A DNA stretch of 64,000 nucleotides from Candidatus Kapaibacterium sp. (GCA_963665665.1 OY762428.1:1568001-1632000), one strand, 5' to 3'. Numbered from the stretch's first letter, positions 19,094 through 30,000 are shown. The notes: generated by a model from the letters alone, not told the origin. A program made the numbers and translations.

Positions 19094-20002
19094 TCAATAA
19101 CCCTGAAGTTCTAATGGCCTTAAAACGCTGATTCCTGTATTCGTTTTAACAGATTTTAAATATTCTTCCACAGCCCTGTCAAGAACAACTTTTTTCTTTG
19201 CCGAAGAAGCATGAAAAAATCTTGCTGTATCGCCAATTTTATTTATCAGGCCCGTATGGGAATAATCAAGGCCCTTTTTTGATGTTGTAATCGCAATAAT
19301 ATCACCGGTTCGAATTTTTCCGGACACCGACCCGACAGAATCAAGCGGTATAAAATAAATTTTTTCTTTATTAATTAACGACTCGAAACCGGCAATTTTA
19401 TCCACCATTTCCGGATTATCTTTCAAAGCAGGATAATACTGAGGATGTTCGGACATAAAATCAACATGCTGCCCCAGCAATTTACCACCTAAATCTTTCG
19501 ATATATTTTCAACCACCAGCTTGTTTTGATTATCAATTATCCAATCGGATGTATAATGAAGGCGTGAAGAATAATCTGTAAGAATACCTCCTCGGTATCT
19601 TATAAAAGTTAACTCGTCGGTAAGATCAGAAAATAATTTCTTTCCTTTTTTGATAACTCTTGCAATAGCAAGTGAACTTTCGTAAAAAGTAACACAATCC
19701 AACCCCTCGAAATTGATCCTGCACATTTCGGGGTTTCCTTCAAGAGTGCCGCCAATATACGGTATGCCCATGAACTGATCTGCAATTTGTACTATCAAAT
19801 CTCCAATAGGCAGTAAATTCCAGTTATCCCTTTCAGCTTTTTTAATTATTTGCTCAAATTTCTTTTCCGTGTAGCCTTTTTCATCATTAACCGGAGCAGG
19901 TACAACAGCATTAAGCCTTAGGGCAGAAAGAAAAACACCGGCAGCGGATAGTTTAATAAAATTTCTTCTATTCATTGTTTTTGTCCTTAATTTTTCCTGC
20001 AA
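19094..20002 (-). CDS. DUF1460 N-acetylmuramoyl-L-alanine amidase-like protein (NlpC/P60 fold) with Tat-like signal
   Basis: NRRNFIK; PYIGGTLE, LDCVTFYE, RLHYTSDW, GLDYSHTG, HASS; likely start at MNRR. Confidence 0.85.
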   Translation of the reverse strand: MQEKLRTKTMNRRNFIKLSAAGVFLSALRLNAVVPAPVNDEKGYTEKKFEQIIKKAERDNWNLLPIGDLIVQIADQFMGIPYIGGTLEGNPEMCRINFEGLDCVTFYESSLAIARVIKKGKKLFSDLTDELTFIRYRGGILTDYSSRLHYTSDWIIDNQNKLVVENISKDLGGKLLGQHVDFMSEHPQYYPALKDNPEMVDKIAGFESLINKEKIYFIPLDSVGSVSGKIRTGDIIAITTSKKGLDYSHTGLINKIGDTARFFHASSAKKKVVLDRAVEEYLKSVKTNTGISVLRPLELQGY

Positions 20003-20513
20003 AGCTAATTACACCGGCTATCGGCAATGAAAGTATATATGGCAGTAAACTAATTTTACTATTTCCTGACCTTTTTTCTTCAACTGTATTGGAACACAGG
20101 TTCCCGAAAATTACACTTTTAATTGATATTTCAATTGACTTTAAGGCATTCTCGCCATAAAACTCCAAAGCTGTATTTCTTGCTTTTCTGCTTACCTTCC
20201 CATTTTGTTCGGCCCAGTGCTGAGCATAAAGAACAGCCGGAAGCTCGTTTTGGCTTAGTTGGCCGTAATCACCATTAAGCAGCAAATTTATTTCATTTTC
20301 ATTCAATCCTGATTCAAGAGCTGTTCTTGAATGCAGGTAGGAACAATTGCTGCAATCGTTTACCCTGCTAACACTCAATGAAATAATTTCAGACAGCCTT
20401 GGAGAGATACTATTCTTGTTGAAAAATAAATTCCACAGCTGCCCTGACAGCATTTGCCATAACAATGAGGCCCAATGGCCCACTGCTTGAAAATATCTGC
20501 TTTCATTATTCAA
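19968..20513 (-). CDS. AhpD/carboxymuconolactone decarboxylase family protein
   Basis: EIISLSVSRVNDCSNCSYLH motif. Confidence 0.8.
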   Translation of the reverse strand: MNNESRYFQAVGHWASLLWQMLSGQLWNLFFNKNSISPRLSEIISLSVSRVNDCSNCSYLHSRTALESGLNENEINLLLNGDYGQLSQNELPAVLYAQHWAEQNGKVSRKARNTALEFYGENALKSIEISIKSVIFGNLCSNTVEEKRSGNSKISLLPYILSLPIAGVISFAGKIKDKNNE

Positions 20514-21228
20514 TTACTGTCCCCAGAATATCTTTAACAAGTTCAGGTAGTATCGTAGCCGGAAAATTAATCTGTATATCATTTTCGTTATCAGCAATGG
20601 TAATGATTTTCTGTCCTGCTTCACCCTTGGAAGAACTGACACATACAACATCACTAATTATTTCAATACTGACATTGTCAATCGGGTTTTCATACGAACT
20701 AACGAAATCCCCGCTTTCAATAACTTCAAAAATATCCGGCCCGGGAAGCCCTTCGTAATTGGAATCAGCAGGCAGGCCCGGTTGGTCGGCCACACTGCTT
20801 GCCAGAAAATCACATCTTTCGTTTTCTTTGTGCCCGGCATGGCCTTTCACCCAAACGAATTTAACATCATGGATTTTCAATAATTCTGATATTTCATACC
20901 AAATATCTACGTTTAACACTTCATTACCATCAGACTTCTTCCAGTTTTTTCTTATCCATGAGTTCAGCCAGCGCTTGTTAATCGAATCAGTCAGTAACCT
21001 GGAGTCACTATATAAAATTGCAGATTTCGGCTCTGTCCCTAATTCTTTCAGCCCAACCCATGCAGCTATCATCTCCATTCGATTATTGGTTGTTTTTCTG
21101 AATCCCCCGTAAAATTCTCTTTCTGAATTTCCATCCCTGATAATTGTTGCCCATCCACCGGGACCCGGATTTCCCCTTGCAGCACCATCCGTAAATATTT
21201 CAATTAAATTTTTTTCTGCTGTTTTCAT
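20506..21228 (-). CDS. rnhA: Ribonuclease HI with C-terminal extension
   Basis: FTDGAARGNPGPGGW, TTNNRMEM, SDS, WVKGHAGHKENERCD. Confidence 0.95.
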   Translation of the reverse strand: MKTAEKNLIEIFTDGAARGNPGPGGWATIIRDGNSEREFYGGFRKTTNNRMEMIAAWVGLKELGTEPKSAILYSDSRLLTDSINKRWLNSWIRKNWKKSDGNEVLNVDIWYEISELLKIHDVKFVWVKGHAGHKENERCDFLASSVADQPGLPADSNYEGLPGPDIFEVIESGDFVSSYENPIDNVSIEIISDVVCVSSSKGEAGQKIITIADNENDIQINFPATILPELVKDILGTVIE

Positions 21229-21413
21229 AATTTTTATTATTTATTTTATAGTAATGTTTTAATAAGAATACCATTATTTAGAAAAAAGTTCAATATTAAA
21301 ACTGTAATTTGTATTTTTTTTCTTATATTCACAAAAAAGAATGTTATTTTCAACCTGATTTTGAAAATTAAGCATATAGAATATTAAATAGTTGCAGCAG
21401 GTCAAACAAAAAT

Positions 21414-23333
21414 ATGAGCGGAATTAAGTACAAACTTTTATTCAAGAACCGTTATGTAAAAATTATTTTACCAATAATTTTTACCGTGGTACTGTTTGTT
21501 TTATCAATGATAATTTTCGTTCTGCCCATCGTTGAAAACAGCCTGATGAATGAAAAAAGAGAAATGATCAAAAAGCTTACTGAATCAGCAATATCAGTAA
21601 TTGATCATTACAAGAAAATGGCTGACAATGGAAAACTGACCCCGGAAGAAGCAAAAGAATTAGCAAAAGAACATATCAGGAATACCCGTTACGGCGAGGA
21701 CATGAAAGATTATTTCTGGATAAATGATTTCCACCCTGTTATGATTATGCATCCATATCTGCCTTACCTTGAAGGTGAAGACATTTCTACCTGGGAGGAC
21801 CCAAACGGAAATCATTTATTTCTAAAAATGGTTCAAATCTGTAACAACAACGGATCCGGTTATGTGGAGTATGAATGGCAAAAATTAGATTCAGTTAACA
21901 AACTTGAACCGAAATTATCCTTTGTTCTTTCTTATAAGCCCTGGGACTGGATTGTAGGTACGGGGGTTTACTATGATGATGTTAATATGGAATTGCAAAA
22001 ATTACGAAAAGCCTTATTTTCAGTCAGCTCGATAGTACTGACAATAATGATCGTTCTGCTATTTATTGTTGCCTATCAAAATAAATATCTTGAAAAAGAA
22101 AGAAATACCGCTGTTGAGGAATCCAGGATAACCGAAAAACGTTTCCAGGATTTTACTTCCCGGGCAAGAGACATGTTCTACCGCATGACGCTTCCTGACG
22201 GAGAGTACGAGTTTGTAACCGACGCTGTAAGAAGAATAACAGGATATACAGCCGAGGAATTTTCTAATAAAGATTTCTTTATAAAATCAATACTGCACCC
22301 TGACTGGCTGGATTTTTTTCACAAAGAGTGGGACAATCTTGAACGCGGCAATATGCCCTCGTTTTATGAATATAAAATAATCCATCGCTCAGGTGAGATA
22401 AGGTGGCTGAACCAGAGAAATACCATGGTGAAAGATGAATACGGACGTCCGGTGGCAATCGAGGGGATTGTATCCGACATTACAAGACGAAAAGTTGCCG
22501 AAGAAAAACTGGAACGTTTGAACGAAAAACTTGAGCATAAAATTGTTGAAAGAACCGCACAGCTTGAAGAAGCACTTGAAGAAATCAGGAAAGAAGTTGA
22601 AGAAAGAAAGAGAATTGAAGAATCATTGCGTGAATCGAATGCCGCAAAGGATAAATTCTTTTCAATTATTGGCCATGATCTGAAAAATCCTCTTCAGGGA
22701 TTACTCCTTTCAACCGACATGCTCCACACTGCATTCGACAGATTTGAAAAAAAGGATATAAAAAAACGTATTGGTGATATTTTTAAATCCTCTATGTTCC
22801 TTCGTGAAATGTTGGAAAACCTTCTTACCTGGGCAAGGTCTCAAACCGGTGTCATAAGTTTTTCCCCTGTAGTATTTAATTTCAGGGATACTTGTTCAAA
22901 AGCTGTTAGTCTTTCTTCGCAGTCGGCTCAGCAAAAAAATATTGTAATACACAGGCCGAATAAAAATGAAATTAATGCTTTTGCCGACCCCAACATGGTA
23001 ACTGTTATAATAAGTAATCTGTTATTCAATGCTATAAAATTTACTCCCCGCGGGGGCGAAATTTTTATGGATTGTGAAGTTTTCGAAAAGAATATGATTA
23101 TTTTTTCAATTCGTGATACTGGTATTGGCATTAGCTCCGATGACCAGGCAAAAGTATTCAGAATTGATAAAAGTTACTCAACACTTGGAACGGAAAGTGA
23201 AAAAGGTACAGGCCTGGGATTAATTATTTGCAAGGAATTCGTTGAAAAGAACAACGGACAAATTTGGGTTGAAAGCAAACCCGGCATTGGTTCCACATTT
23301 TATTTTACACTTCCATTGGCCGATGAAAATTAA
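21414..23333 (+). CDS. Cache-PAS sensor histidine kinase
   Basis: TM, Cache (YFWIND...MHP...DPNG...WIVGTGVY), TM, PAS/PAC, HDLKNP, NLLFNAIKFT, GTGLGL. Confidence 0.92.
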   Translation: MSGIKYKLLFKNRYVKIILPIIFTVVLFVLSMIIFVLPIVENSLMNEKREMIKKLTESAISVIDHYKKMADNGKLTPEEAKELAKEHIRNTRYGEDMKDYFWINDFHPVMIMHPYLPYLEGEDISTWEDPNGNHLFLKMVQICNNNGSGYVEYEWQKLDSVNKLEPKLSFVLSYKPWDWIVGTGVYYDDVNMELQKLRKALFSVSSIVLTIMIVLLFIVAYQNKYLEKERNTAVEESRITEKRFQDFTSRARDMFYRMTLPDGEYEFVTDAVRRITGYTAEEFSNKDFFIKSILHPDWLDFFHKEWDNLERGNMPSFYEYKIIHRSGEIRWLNQRNTMVKDEYGRPVAIEGIVSDITRRKVAEEKLERLNEKLEHKIVERTAQLEEALEEIRKEVEERKRIEESLRESNAAKDKFFSIIGHDLKNPLQGLLLSTDMLHTAFDRFEKKDIKKRIGDIFKSSMFLREMLENLLTWARSQTGVISFSPVVFNFRDTCSKAVSLSSQSAQQKNIVIHRPNKNEINAFADPNMVTVIISNLLFNAIKFTPRGGEIFMDCEVFEKNMIIFSIRDTGIGISSDDQAKVFRIDKSYSTLGTESEKGTGLGLIICKEFVEKNNGQIWVESKPGIGSTFYFTLPLADEN

Positions 23334-23560
23334 ATATTGAAGAAATTTTACCGGGAAAACATTATTTGGAAATTTTCACCTTCAATTTTCTTAAATTGCA
23401 GGTTGGCAAAATGGCAAATAATTCTTTTAATATTGCGTCAGCGATGTTAGAATTTTGACTTTAATTAACTTATTTGTCAATTTAAAATTTACTCAAACGT
23501 TTATATAATTAATCGTAAGCTATTGAAGAAAAGTTAAACAAAAATAGACAGAGTTTTTTT

Positions 23561-26101
23561 ATGGAAGGAAATTTTTCCAACAGGGTAAATGAAGTAATCA
23601 AATTGAGCAGAGAAGAAGCGCTTAGGCTGGGGCATGACTACATCGGAACGGAGCATCTCCTTCTTGGTATTATTCGCGAAGGCGAGGGTATTGCCGTAAA
23701 AGTTCTGAGAAATCTCGGAGTTGACCTTTATAAACTGAAAAAAGGCATTGAAGATACTGTCCGGGTTTCGGGTTCAACCCTTACAATAGGGAATATCCCG
23801 CTGACCAAACCGGCAGAAAAAGTACTCAAAATAACATATCTTGAAGCAAAATTATACAAATCTGATGTTATCGGAACCGAACATCTTTTGTTGTCCCTTC
23901 TCAGAGACGAGGAAAATATTTCCGCCCAGATATTGTCACAATTCAGCGTGAATTATGATTCCGTTCGCAGGGAGCTGGATAATATTATCAGCGGCAGGCC
24001 CGGGTCAGGCATTCGCCCTCCGGCGCCGGGACCAGTTACGAAACAAAAAGAAAAAGTAAAAACTCCGGTTCTTGATAACTTCGGCCGCGACCTTACTAAA
24101 CTGGCAGTTGAAAACAAACTTGATCCGGTTATCGGCAGGCATAAGGAAATTGAAAGAGTTTCCCAGGTTCTGTCCCGCAGGAAAAAGAACAATCCGGTAC
24201 TGATTGGTGAGCCGGGTGTTGGTAAAACGGCTATTGTTGAGGGCCTTGCCCTTATGATTGTTAAGAAAAAAGTTTCCAGGGCATTGTTCGACAAGCGTAT
24301 TGTTACTCTTGACCTTGCATCGCTTGTTGCCGGTACGAAATACCGCGGACAGTTTGAAGAAAGAATGAAAGCCGTACTTCAGGAACTTGAAAAAGCCCGT
24401 GACGTTATTCTTTTCATCGACGAACTTCATACTATCGTTGGCGCAGGCGGCGCTTCAGGATCGCTTGATGCCTCGAATATGTTCAAACCTGCCCTTGCCA
24501 GGGGCGACATACAGTGTATCGGCGCTACCACACTGGACGAATACAGACAGTACATCGAAAAGGACGGCGCACTGGAAAGGCGTTTCCAGAAGATACTCGT
24601 TGATCCGCCTTCGGCTGAAGAAACAATGGATATTCTCGATAAAATTAAATTCAGCTACGAGGAACATCACAATGTGGCATACTCTCCGGATGCTGTTGAT
24701 TCATGCGTCAGGCTCTCGGAAAGGTATATCAGCGACAGGAGTTTCCCCGATAAAGCAATTGATGTTATGGACGAAGCCGGGGCTCGTGTCCACCTTGCAA
24801 ATATTTCAGTTCCGAAAGAAGTTCTTGAACTGGAAAAAGAAATTGAAACAACAAAAGTACAGAAGAATAAAGTTGTTAAGCAGCAGAACTTCGAGGAAGC
24901 TGCGAAACTAAGAGACCTTGAGAAGAAACTTCAGGCTGAACTCGAACGTGAAAAACTGGATTGGGAAACTAAATCCGGCGAAAGGATTTATCCGGTAACC
25001 GACGAGGATATTGCCGACGTAGTGGCAATGATGACAGGTATCCCGGTTAATAAAATTGCCGAGAGCGAGCAGAACAAACTGCTTCAGCTTCCGGAAGAAT
25101 TGCAGAAAATCGTTGTTGGCCAGAATGATGCTATCGGATATCTCGCAAGAGCTATCAGGCGTGCACGTGCCGGACTGAAAGATCCTAACAGGCCGATTGG
25201 CTCGTTTATGTTTCTTGGCCCGACAGGCGTTGGTAAAACCGAACTGGCAAAAGCTCTGGCAAGGGTAATGTTCGATTCTGAAGATGCCCTTATTAGAATT
25301 GATATGAGCGAATACATGGAGAAATTCTCCGTATCCCGTTTTGTTGGAGCGCCTCCCGGCTACGTGGGTTATGAAGAGGGCGGCCAGCTTACTGAAAAAG
25401 TAAGAAGGAAACCTTATTCTATAGTACTCCTTGATGAGATTGAAAAAGCTCATCCTGATGTATTCAACGTACTCCTTCAGGTATTCGATGACGGTATCCT
25501 GACCGATGGCCTTGGCAGGAAGATAGACTTTAAAAATACAATTATTATCATGACATCCAATGTTGGTACCAGAGATGTTAAAGCAGGCGGTAGTATCGGT
25601 TTCTCGGTTGATAAAGAAAAGAGCAACTACGACGCGCTGAAAAACACGATAGAAGACTCTGTCAGGAGGCTCTTCAATCCCGAGTTCATTAACAGGATTG
25701 ATGATTTCATCATCTTCAGAAGCCTGATGCGTGAAGATATATACGGAATCATTGATATTCAGCTATCATATCTGACTGACAGGATGAAAATTAATGATAT
25801 GTCTCTTGAACTCAACAAAGAAGCAAAAGATTTCCTCGTTGAAAAAGGTTATGACGAAAAATACGGCGCAAGGCCTCTTCGCAGGGCATTGCAGAAATAC
25901 GTGGAAGATGAGCTGGCAGAGCAGATACTTAAAGGCAACCTGTCGGTAGGGTCGATCGTTAAAGGTGAGTTCAACAAAGACAAACAGATTATTGACTATA
26001 CATTCACTGCTAAACCCAAAAAAGCAGAGGATGAAAAAACAAAAGAATCTGAGAACGATGAAGTCGGGGAAGAGATCAGCGAAGACTCAGCCTCGGCATA
26101 G
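23561..26101 (+). CDS. clpC: ATP-dependent Clp protease ATP-binding subunit ClpC
   Basis: Two Clp-N repeats (GTEHLLL), Walker A GEPGVGKT and [11 protein letters not shown] domain [21 protein letters not shown] loop. Confidence 0.95.
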   Translation: MEGNFSNRVNEVIKLSREEALRLGHDYIGTEHLLLGIIREGEGIAVKVLRNLGVDLYKLKKGIEDTVRVSGSTLTIGNIPLTKPAEKVLKITYLEAKLYKSDVIGTEHLLLSLLRDEENISAQILSQFSVNYDSVRRELDNIISGRPGSGIRPPAPGPVTKQKEKVKTPVLDNFGRDLTKLAVENKLDPVIGRHKEIERVSQVLSRRKKNNPVLIGEPGVGKTAIVEGLALMIVKKKVSRALFDKRIVTLDLASLVAGTKYRGQFEERMKAVLQELEKARDVILFIDELHTIVGAGGASGSLDASNMFKPALARGDIQCIGATTLDEYRQYIEKDGALERRFQKILVDPPSAEETMDILDKIKFSYEEHHNVAYSPDAVDSCVRLSERYISDRSFPDKAIDVMDEAGARVHLANISVPKEVLELEKEIETTKVQKNKVVKQQNFEEAAKLRDLEKKLQAELEREKLDWETKSGERIYPVTDEDIADVVAMMTGIPVNKIAESEQNKLLQLPEELQKIVVGQNDAIGYLARAIRRARAGLKDPNRPIGSFMFLGPTGVGKTELAKALARVMFDSEDALIRIDMSEYMEKFSVSRFVGAPPGYVGYEEGGQLTEKVRRKPYSIVLLDEIEKAHPDVFNVLLQVFDDGILTDGLGRKIDFKNTIIIMTSNVGTRDVKAGGSIGFSVDKEKSNYDALKNTIEDSVRRLFNPEFINRIDDFIIFRSLMREDIYGIIDIQLSYLTDRMKINDMSLELNKEAKDFLVEKGYDEKYGARPLRRALQKYVEDELAEQILKGNLSVGSIVKGEFNKDKQIIDYTFTAKPKKAEDEKTKESENDEVGEEISEDSASA

Positions 26102-26126
26102 ATGCCAATACTCCTGATTAAATAAA

Positions 26127-26157
26127 TGCCGCTCCACTACGGGGCGGCTTTTTTTTA
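26127..26157 (+). terminator. Intrinsic terminator after clpC
   Basis: gccgctcc actac ggggcggc followed by a T-tract. Confidence 0.85.
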
Positions 26158-26241
26158 TATTATAAAAAATAAAGTGTTACTAATATAAAGGATAAGAAAG
26201 CAACAATTTGTTTCCTCATTTCAAAAAAATTTAAAATTTCC

Positions 26242-26268
26242 TGTAACTAAATTCAAAATCGCTGTGTC
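26242..26268 (+). promoter_or_regulatory. Putative ECF promoter TGTAAC-N15-TGTGT
   Basis: TGTAACtaaattcaaaatcgcTGTGTC; resembles the motif at 10799. Confidence 0.45.
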
Positions 26269-26426
26269 GATAAGTTAAGAACATGATGGGAATTGGAATT
26301 ATCCCAAAAGTAATTGAAGAAGAGAATGTCAGCCGCTGATTAGAAAACTAAGCTCCATTTTTATTGATAGAAAACCTTGTGCAATAACTACGCCCGGGCC
26401 ATCCCGGAGTGAAAGGAGTATATATT

Positions 26427-28526
26427 ATGCGGAAAGTATTATTCATATTTGCAGCCCTGCTGCTCATATCAGCAGAAACTTATGCCGGCATTTACGGCAT
26501 ACTGAAAGGAACAGTAAAGGACGATGAAGGCAAAGCTATTATCGGTGCCACCGTGCGTGTTGAAGGAACTACACGCGGAACTTATGTTAAGCAGAAAGAC
26601 GGCTCGTTTACTATTGTAAATATCCCGGCTGGAGAATATTTGGTAAAAGCAACAAGCGTTGGATATACCGAATTCAAGCAGAAAGTAAAAATAAAACCTG
26701 ATACAACTGCTCATATTACCATTGTTATGAGTAACAAAGTAACCTGTACAGAAGGTATTTGCGTGGCCGCAAGTAAGCCTATGGTTGATAACAGCTCAGT
26801 AGGAAGTGTAAATAAAATTACGCCATTTGGTTCTTCGTCCGGTGGATCAGGCAGAAGAAAAGTAAAGAAAATGGGTAGCGAGGAAACTACTTCCACAGTT
26901 GGTACGAGTGTAAAATCTGTAATAAGCTATACTCCGGGTGCAGTTAGCGGTGCTAATGGCATATCCATTCGCGGAGCCAGATGTTCTGAAACGCAGATAC
27001 GCGTTGACGGAGTGGATATTTCGAACCAGTATATAGGAACATCTTCCTATGCTAAACCAGTATCTACCAAAACAGAAAAATTTAATACAGAAAATTACAA
27101 TGCCATTATAGAAAATGAGTTTAAAGAAACTTTAAGCAGCCCCCTTTCGACTTTCGCTATTGACGTTGACGCGGCATCATACAGCATGGTGCGCCGCAGT
27201 ATTAACGAGGACAGGCTGCCGCCAAAGGGCGCTGTGAGGATCGAGGAGCTTATCAATTACTTCAATTACAATTATCCTCGCCCGGCGGATGGCGGCCTGC
27301 CCTTCACTATAAACAGCGAATACGGCAAATGTCCCTGGAATGATAAGCACGGCCTGCTTATGATAGGACTTCAGGGATATGAAATCCCGACTGAAAAATT
27401 GCCTGCTGCAAACCTGGTATTCCTGATTGACGTATCCGGTTCCATGCAGTATTACGATAAATTGCCTCTCTTGAAGAAGTCCCTGCGCCTGCTGACTACA
27501 AAGCTCCGCCCAATAGACAAAGTCTCGATAGTCGTTTACGCGGGCGCAGCCGGACTTGTTCTTGAACCTACATCAGGCAGTGATAAACTGAAGATAGACA
27601 AAGCAATAGAGGATATTGAAGCCGGTGGCTCAACTAATGGAGCCGGAGGAATCAAACTGGCCTACGAAATTGCCGAAAAGAATATGATAAAAGACGGGGT
27701 TAACAGGGTGATACTTGCAACTGACGGAGACTTTAACGTGGGAGTTTCATCAGAAGACGGATTGCTTGACCTGATCAAAAAAGAAAGAAAGAAAGGAATA
27801 GCCCTGACAGTACTTGGATTTGGCTCCGGAAATTACCAGGATGCAAAAATGGAACTTCTTGCCGATAAGGGTAATGGCAACTATGCATATATTGATAATA
27901 TCAACGAAGCACAGAAAGCCCTTGTTAACGAGATGGGAGCCACCCTGGCAACAATTGCCAAGGACGTGAAAATACAGATAGAATTCAATCCCCTGAAGGT
28001 GAAAGGCTACCGGCTGATTGGTTATGAGAACAGGATGCTTCAGAATGAAGACTTCGACGATGATAAAAAAGACGCAGGTGAAATTGGTGCCGGGCACAAC
28101 GTAACGGCATTTTACGAGATTATTCCGGCAGGTTCTGATGAAAAGGTGAAAACAACCGGAAAACTGAAATACCAGGAAAACACAATCACTGCCAGAGCTG
28201 CAAAATCTAACGAGTTAGTAACAGTGAAGATCAGGTACAAAGCCCCGGACGGCGATGATAGTAAACTTATCAGCAATACAGTAGCTGACAACATGGTAAA
28301 CATTAATTCCTGTTCCGAAAATTACAGGTTTGCCGCATCAGTAGCCGCATGGGGAATGCTTCTCAGGGAAAGCGAATTTATCAGCAATTACAACTATTCT
28401 GATATTGAAAAACTGGCTGCCTCTGCCGCAGGAAGCGACGCCAACGGCTACAGAAAAGAATTTATTGACCTGGTGAAAAAGACGAATACAATTTTCGGCC
28501 TTCAGGCCAATAGCAATAAAAATTAA
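26427..28526 (+). CDS. YfbK-like VWA protein with N-terminal carboxypeptidase-regulatory and TonB-plug-like domains
   Basis: AGGAG upstream of MRKV; SIRGAR...VDGV plug motif; STFAIDVDAASY, VRIEELINYF, DVSGSM, ATDGDFNVG, GYRLIGYENR. Confidence 0.88.
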   Translation: MRKVLFIFAALLLISAETYAGIYGILKGTVKDDEGKAIIGATVRVEGTTRGTYVKQKDGSFTIVNIPAGEYLVKATSVGYTEFKQKVKIKPDTTAHITIVMSNKVTCTEGICVAASKPMVDNSSVGSVNKITPFGSSSGGSGRRKVKKMGSEETTSTVGTSVKSVISYTPGAVSGANGISIRGARCSETQIRVDGVDISNQYIGTSSYAKPVSTKTEKFNTENYNAIIENEFKETLSSPLSTFAIDVDAASYSMVRRSINEDRLPPKGAVRIEELINYFNYNYPRPADGGLPFTINSEYGKCPWNDKHGLLMIGLQGYEIPTEKLPAANLVFLIDVSGSMQYYDKLPLLKKSLRLLTTKLRPIDKVSIVVYAGAAGLVLEPTSGSDKLKIDKAIEDIEAGGSTNGAGGIKLAYEIAEKNMIKDGVNRVILATDGDFNVGVSSEDGLLDLIKKERKKGIALTVLGFGSGNYQDAKMELLADKGNGNYAYIDNINEAQKALVNEMGATLATIAKDVKIQIEFNPLKVKGYRLIGYENRMLQNEDFDDDKKDAGEIGAGHNVTAFYEIIPAGSDEKVKTTGKLKYQENTITARAAKSNELVTVKIRYKAPDGDDSKLISNTVADNMVNINSCSENYRFAASVAAWGMLLRESEFISNYNYSDIEKLAASAAGSDANGYRKEFIDLVKKTNTIFGLQANSNKN

Positions 28527-28567
28527 CCCTTAACTCCGGCGATAAGCAGCCTTTTGGGTAGGTTGCG

Positions 28568-28601
28568 AACAAGCGGTCGGGAGCGCGCCCGGCCGCTTGT
28601 T
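28568..28601. terminator. Stem-loop between convergent genes
   Basis: aacaagcggtcggg...cccggccgcttgtt followed by T-rich sequence. Confidence 0.6.
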
Positions 28602-28679
28602 TTATTATTATATTGTCGAATCTTATTGCCTTATGACGAATAATCGAATAACTGACCTCCGCTGGCGTGGGTGAACTCT

Positions 28680-28910
28680 TCATTCCTGAGTTTTATTACT
28701 AATTTCTTCCAATTTTTTTGCAACCTGATCTTTTAATGTGAAATGTAGAACCAAGGAAAGAATTAGAGAAGGAAATACAATTTCCAATATTGATATCCTG
28801 TAGCCATCCCCCAATACATAAAATAATAAATCAAAAATAATTGAGTTTAATAAACAAAATAAAAATGTCAGATACCACTTTGACAGAATCTTTAGTACAA
28901 ATTTTTTCAT
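28680..28910 (-). CDS. Small two-TM hypothetical membrane protein
   Basis: 76 aa with two hydrophobic segments; starts just downstream of the rsgA stop. Confidence 0.55.
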   Translation of the reverse strand: MKKFVLKILSKWYLTFLFCLLNSIIFDLLFYVLGDGYRISILEIVFPSLILSLVLHFTLKDQVAKKLEEISNKTQE

Positions 28911-28938
28911 CCTGGTACAATCAATTATCAGATAATGA

Positions 28939-30000
28939 TCATTTCATCCTGTTTTTCTTACGTATGGCCTTCACATCCTTTACCATTTTGCCGAATTCCT
29001 TATCGCGGCGGCGGCGTTCCAGGTCCGTGCGTTCATAGTGGGCTGCTTCGCGGCTCAGCTTATGATAATTTTCCAGCACATCGGGGTCAAGTTCGCCCTG
29101 CTCCACTGCGAGTAGTACCCTGCATCCCGGTTCGTTTACATGGGTACAATCATCAAAACGGCATTCAGGAGCAAGTTCGCTGATCATTTCGAATGAATTA
29201 TCCACCGCGTCGGTTCCTACTGAAATACCTACCTCGCGCATTCCCGGTGTGTCAATTATCAATGCTCCGGACGGGAGAAGAATAATTTCCCTGCGCGTTG
29301 TGGTATGGCGTCCCTTGCCCGTGCTGTCACTTAATTCCAGTGTTTCCTGAATATCCTTTCCGGCAAGCCTGTTTATAAGAGTGGACTTTCCGGCTCCGGA
29401 CGAACCGACAAAGCAATATGTTTTCCCTGCGGCAAGCGAAGATTCAAAATTATCTATACCCGAGCCGTCCAGGCTGCTGAGGAAATGAATGTCTTCCACG
29501 TTCAGCCTTGCAGATAGTCTTTCCTTCATCTCATTGATCGAATCTTCGCCGGTCAGGTCCGATTTGCTGACAATAATGCCGGGCTTAATATTACCCTCGC
29601 GTATCAGTGTGATGTACCTTTCCACGCGGTTGATATTGAAATCCCTGTCGGCGGCCATAACAACAAAGGCTATATCAATATTTGCGGCTATGAGTTGTTT
29701 GTCTGACCTGCCGCCCGAGGCTTTCCTGGCAAGGCTGGATTTCCGGGGCAGCAAATCCTGTATAATCGCGCTGTCGCCGAAAATAGTAACAGCAACATAA
29801 TCGCCCACAGCCGGCAGTTCGGACTGGTCATCAGTAGAGTACATCAGTTTTCCGCTAAGTTCCGCCATGCCGGTATAGCCTTCCGCAACGATAGAATACC
29901 TGTCCTTATGCCGCGAAATAATTCTTGCAGGCGCGAAGCTTTCCGGGAACATCTTCCCGAACTCTTCGCTTAATAATTCCGTGTAACCGTATTTTTTCAT
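28939..30000 (-). CDS. rsgA: Ribosome small subunit-dependent GTPase A
   Basis: PAVGD, SKSDL, GSSGAGKS, GRHTT, DTPG, CRFDDCTH..EPGC. Confidence 0.95.
   Translation of the reverse strand: MKKYGYTELLSEEFGKMFPESFAPARIISRHKDRYSIVAEGYTGMAELSGKLMYSTDDQSELPAVGDYVAVTIFGDSAIIQDLLPRKSSLARKASGGRSDKQLIAANIDIAFVVMAADRDFNINRVERYITLIREGNIKPGIIVSKSDLTGEDSINEMKERLSARLNVEDIHFLSSLDGSGIDNFESSLAAGKTYCFVGSSGAGKSTLINRLAGKDIQETLELSDSTGKGRHTTTRREIILLPSGALIIDTPGMREVGISVGTDAVDNSFEMISELAPECRFDDCTHVNEPGCRVLLAVEQGELDPDVLENYHKLSREAAHYERTDLERRRRDKEFGKMVKDVKAIRKKNRMK

Noticed and set aside
23440-23490. CtsR/HrcA operator upstream of clpC (ttgac...gtcaa)
   Set aside because: Only a weak imperfect palindrome in AT-rich DNA; it matches neither the CIRCE nor the CtsR consensus.
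23953-25453. Long antisense and alternate-frame ORFs within clpC (and similar ones in the TonB, VIT and giant genes)
   Set aside because: Shadow ORFs of strongly codon-biased real genes; no recognisable motifs.
28527-28938. Integron attC cassette around the 76-aa gene
   Set aside because: No convincing RYYYAAC...GTTRRRY pair with inner boxes, and no integrase.
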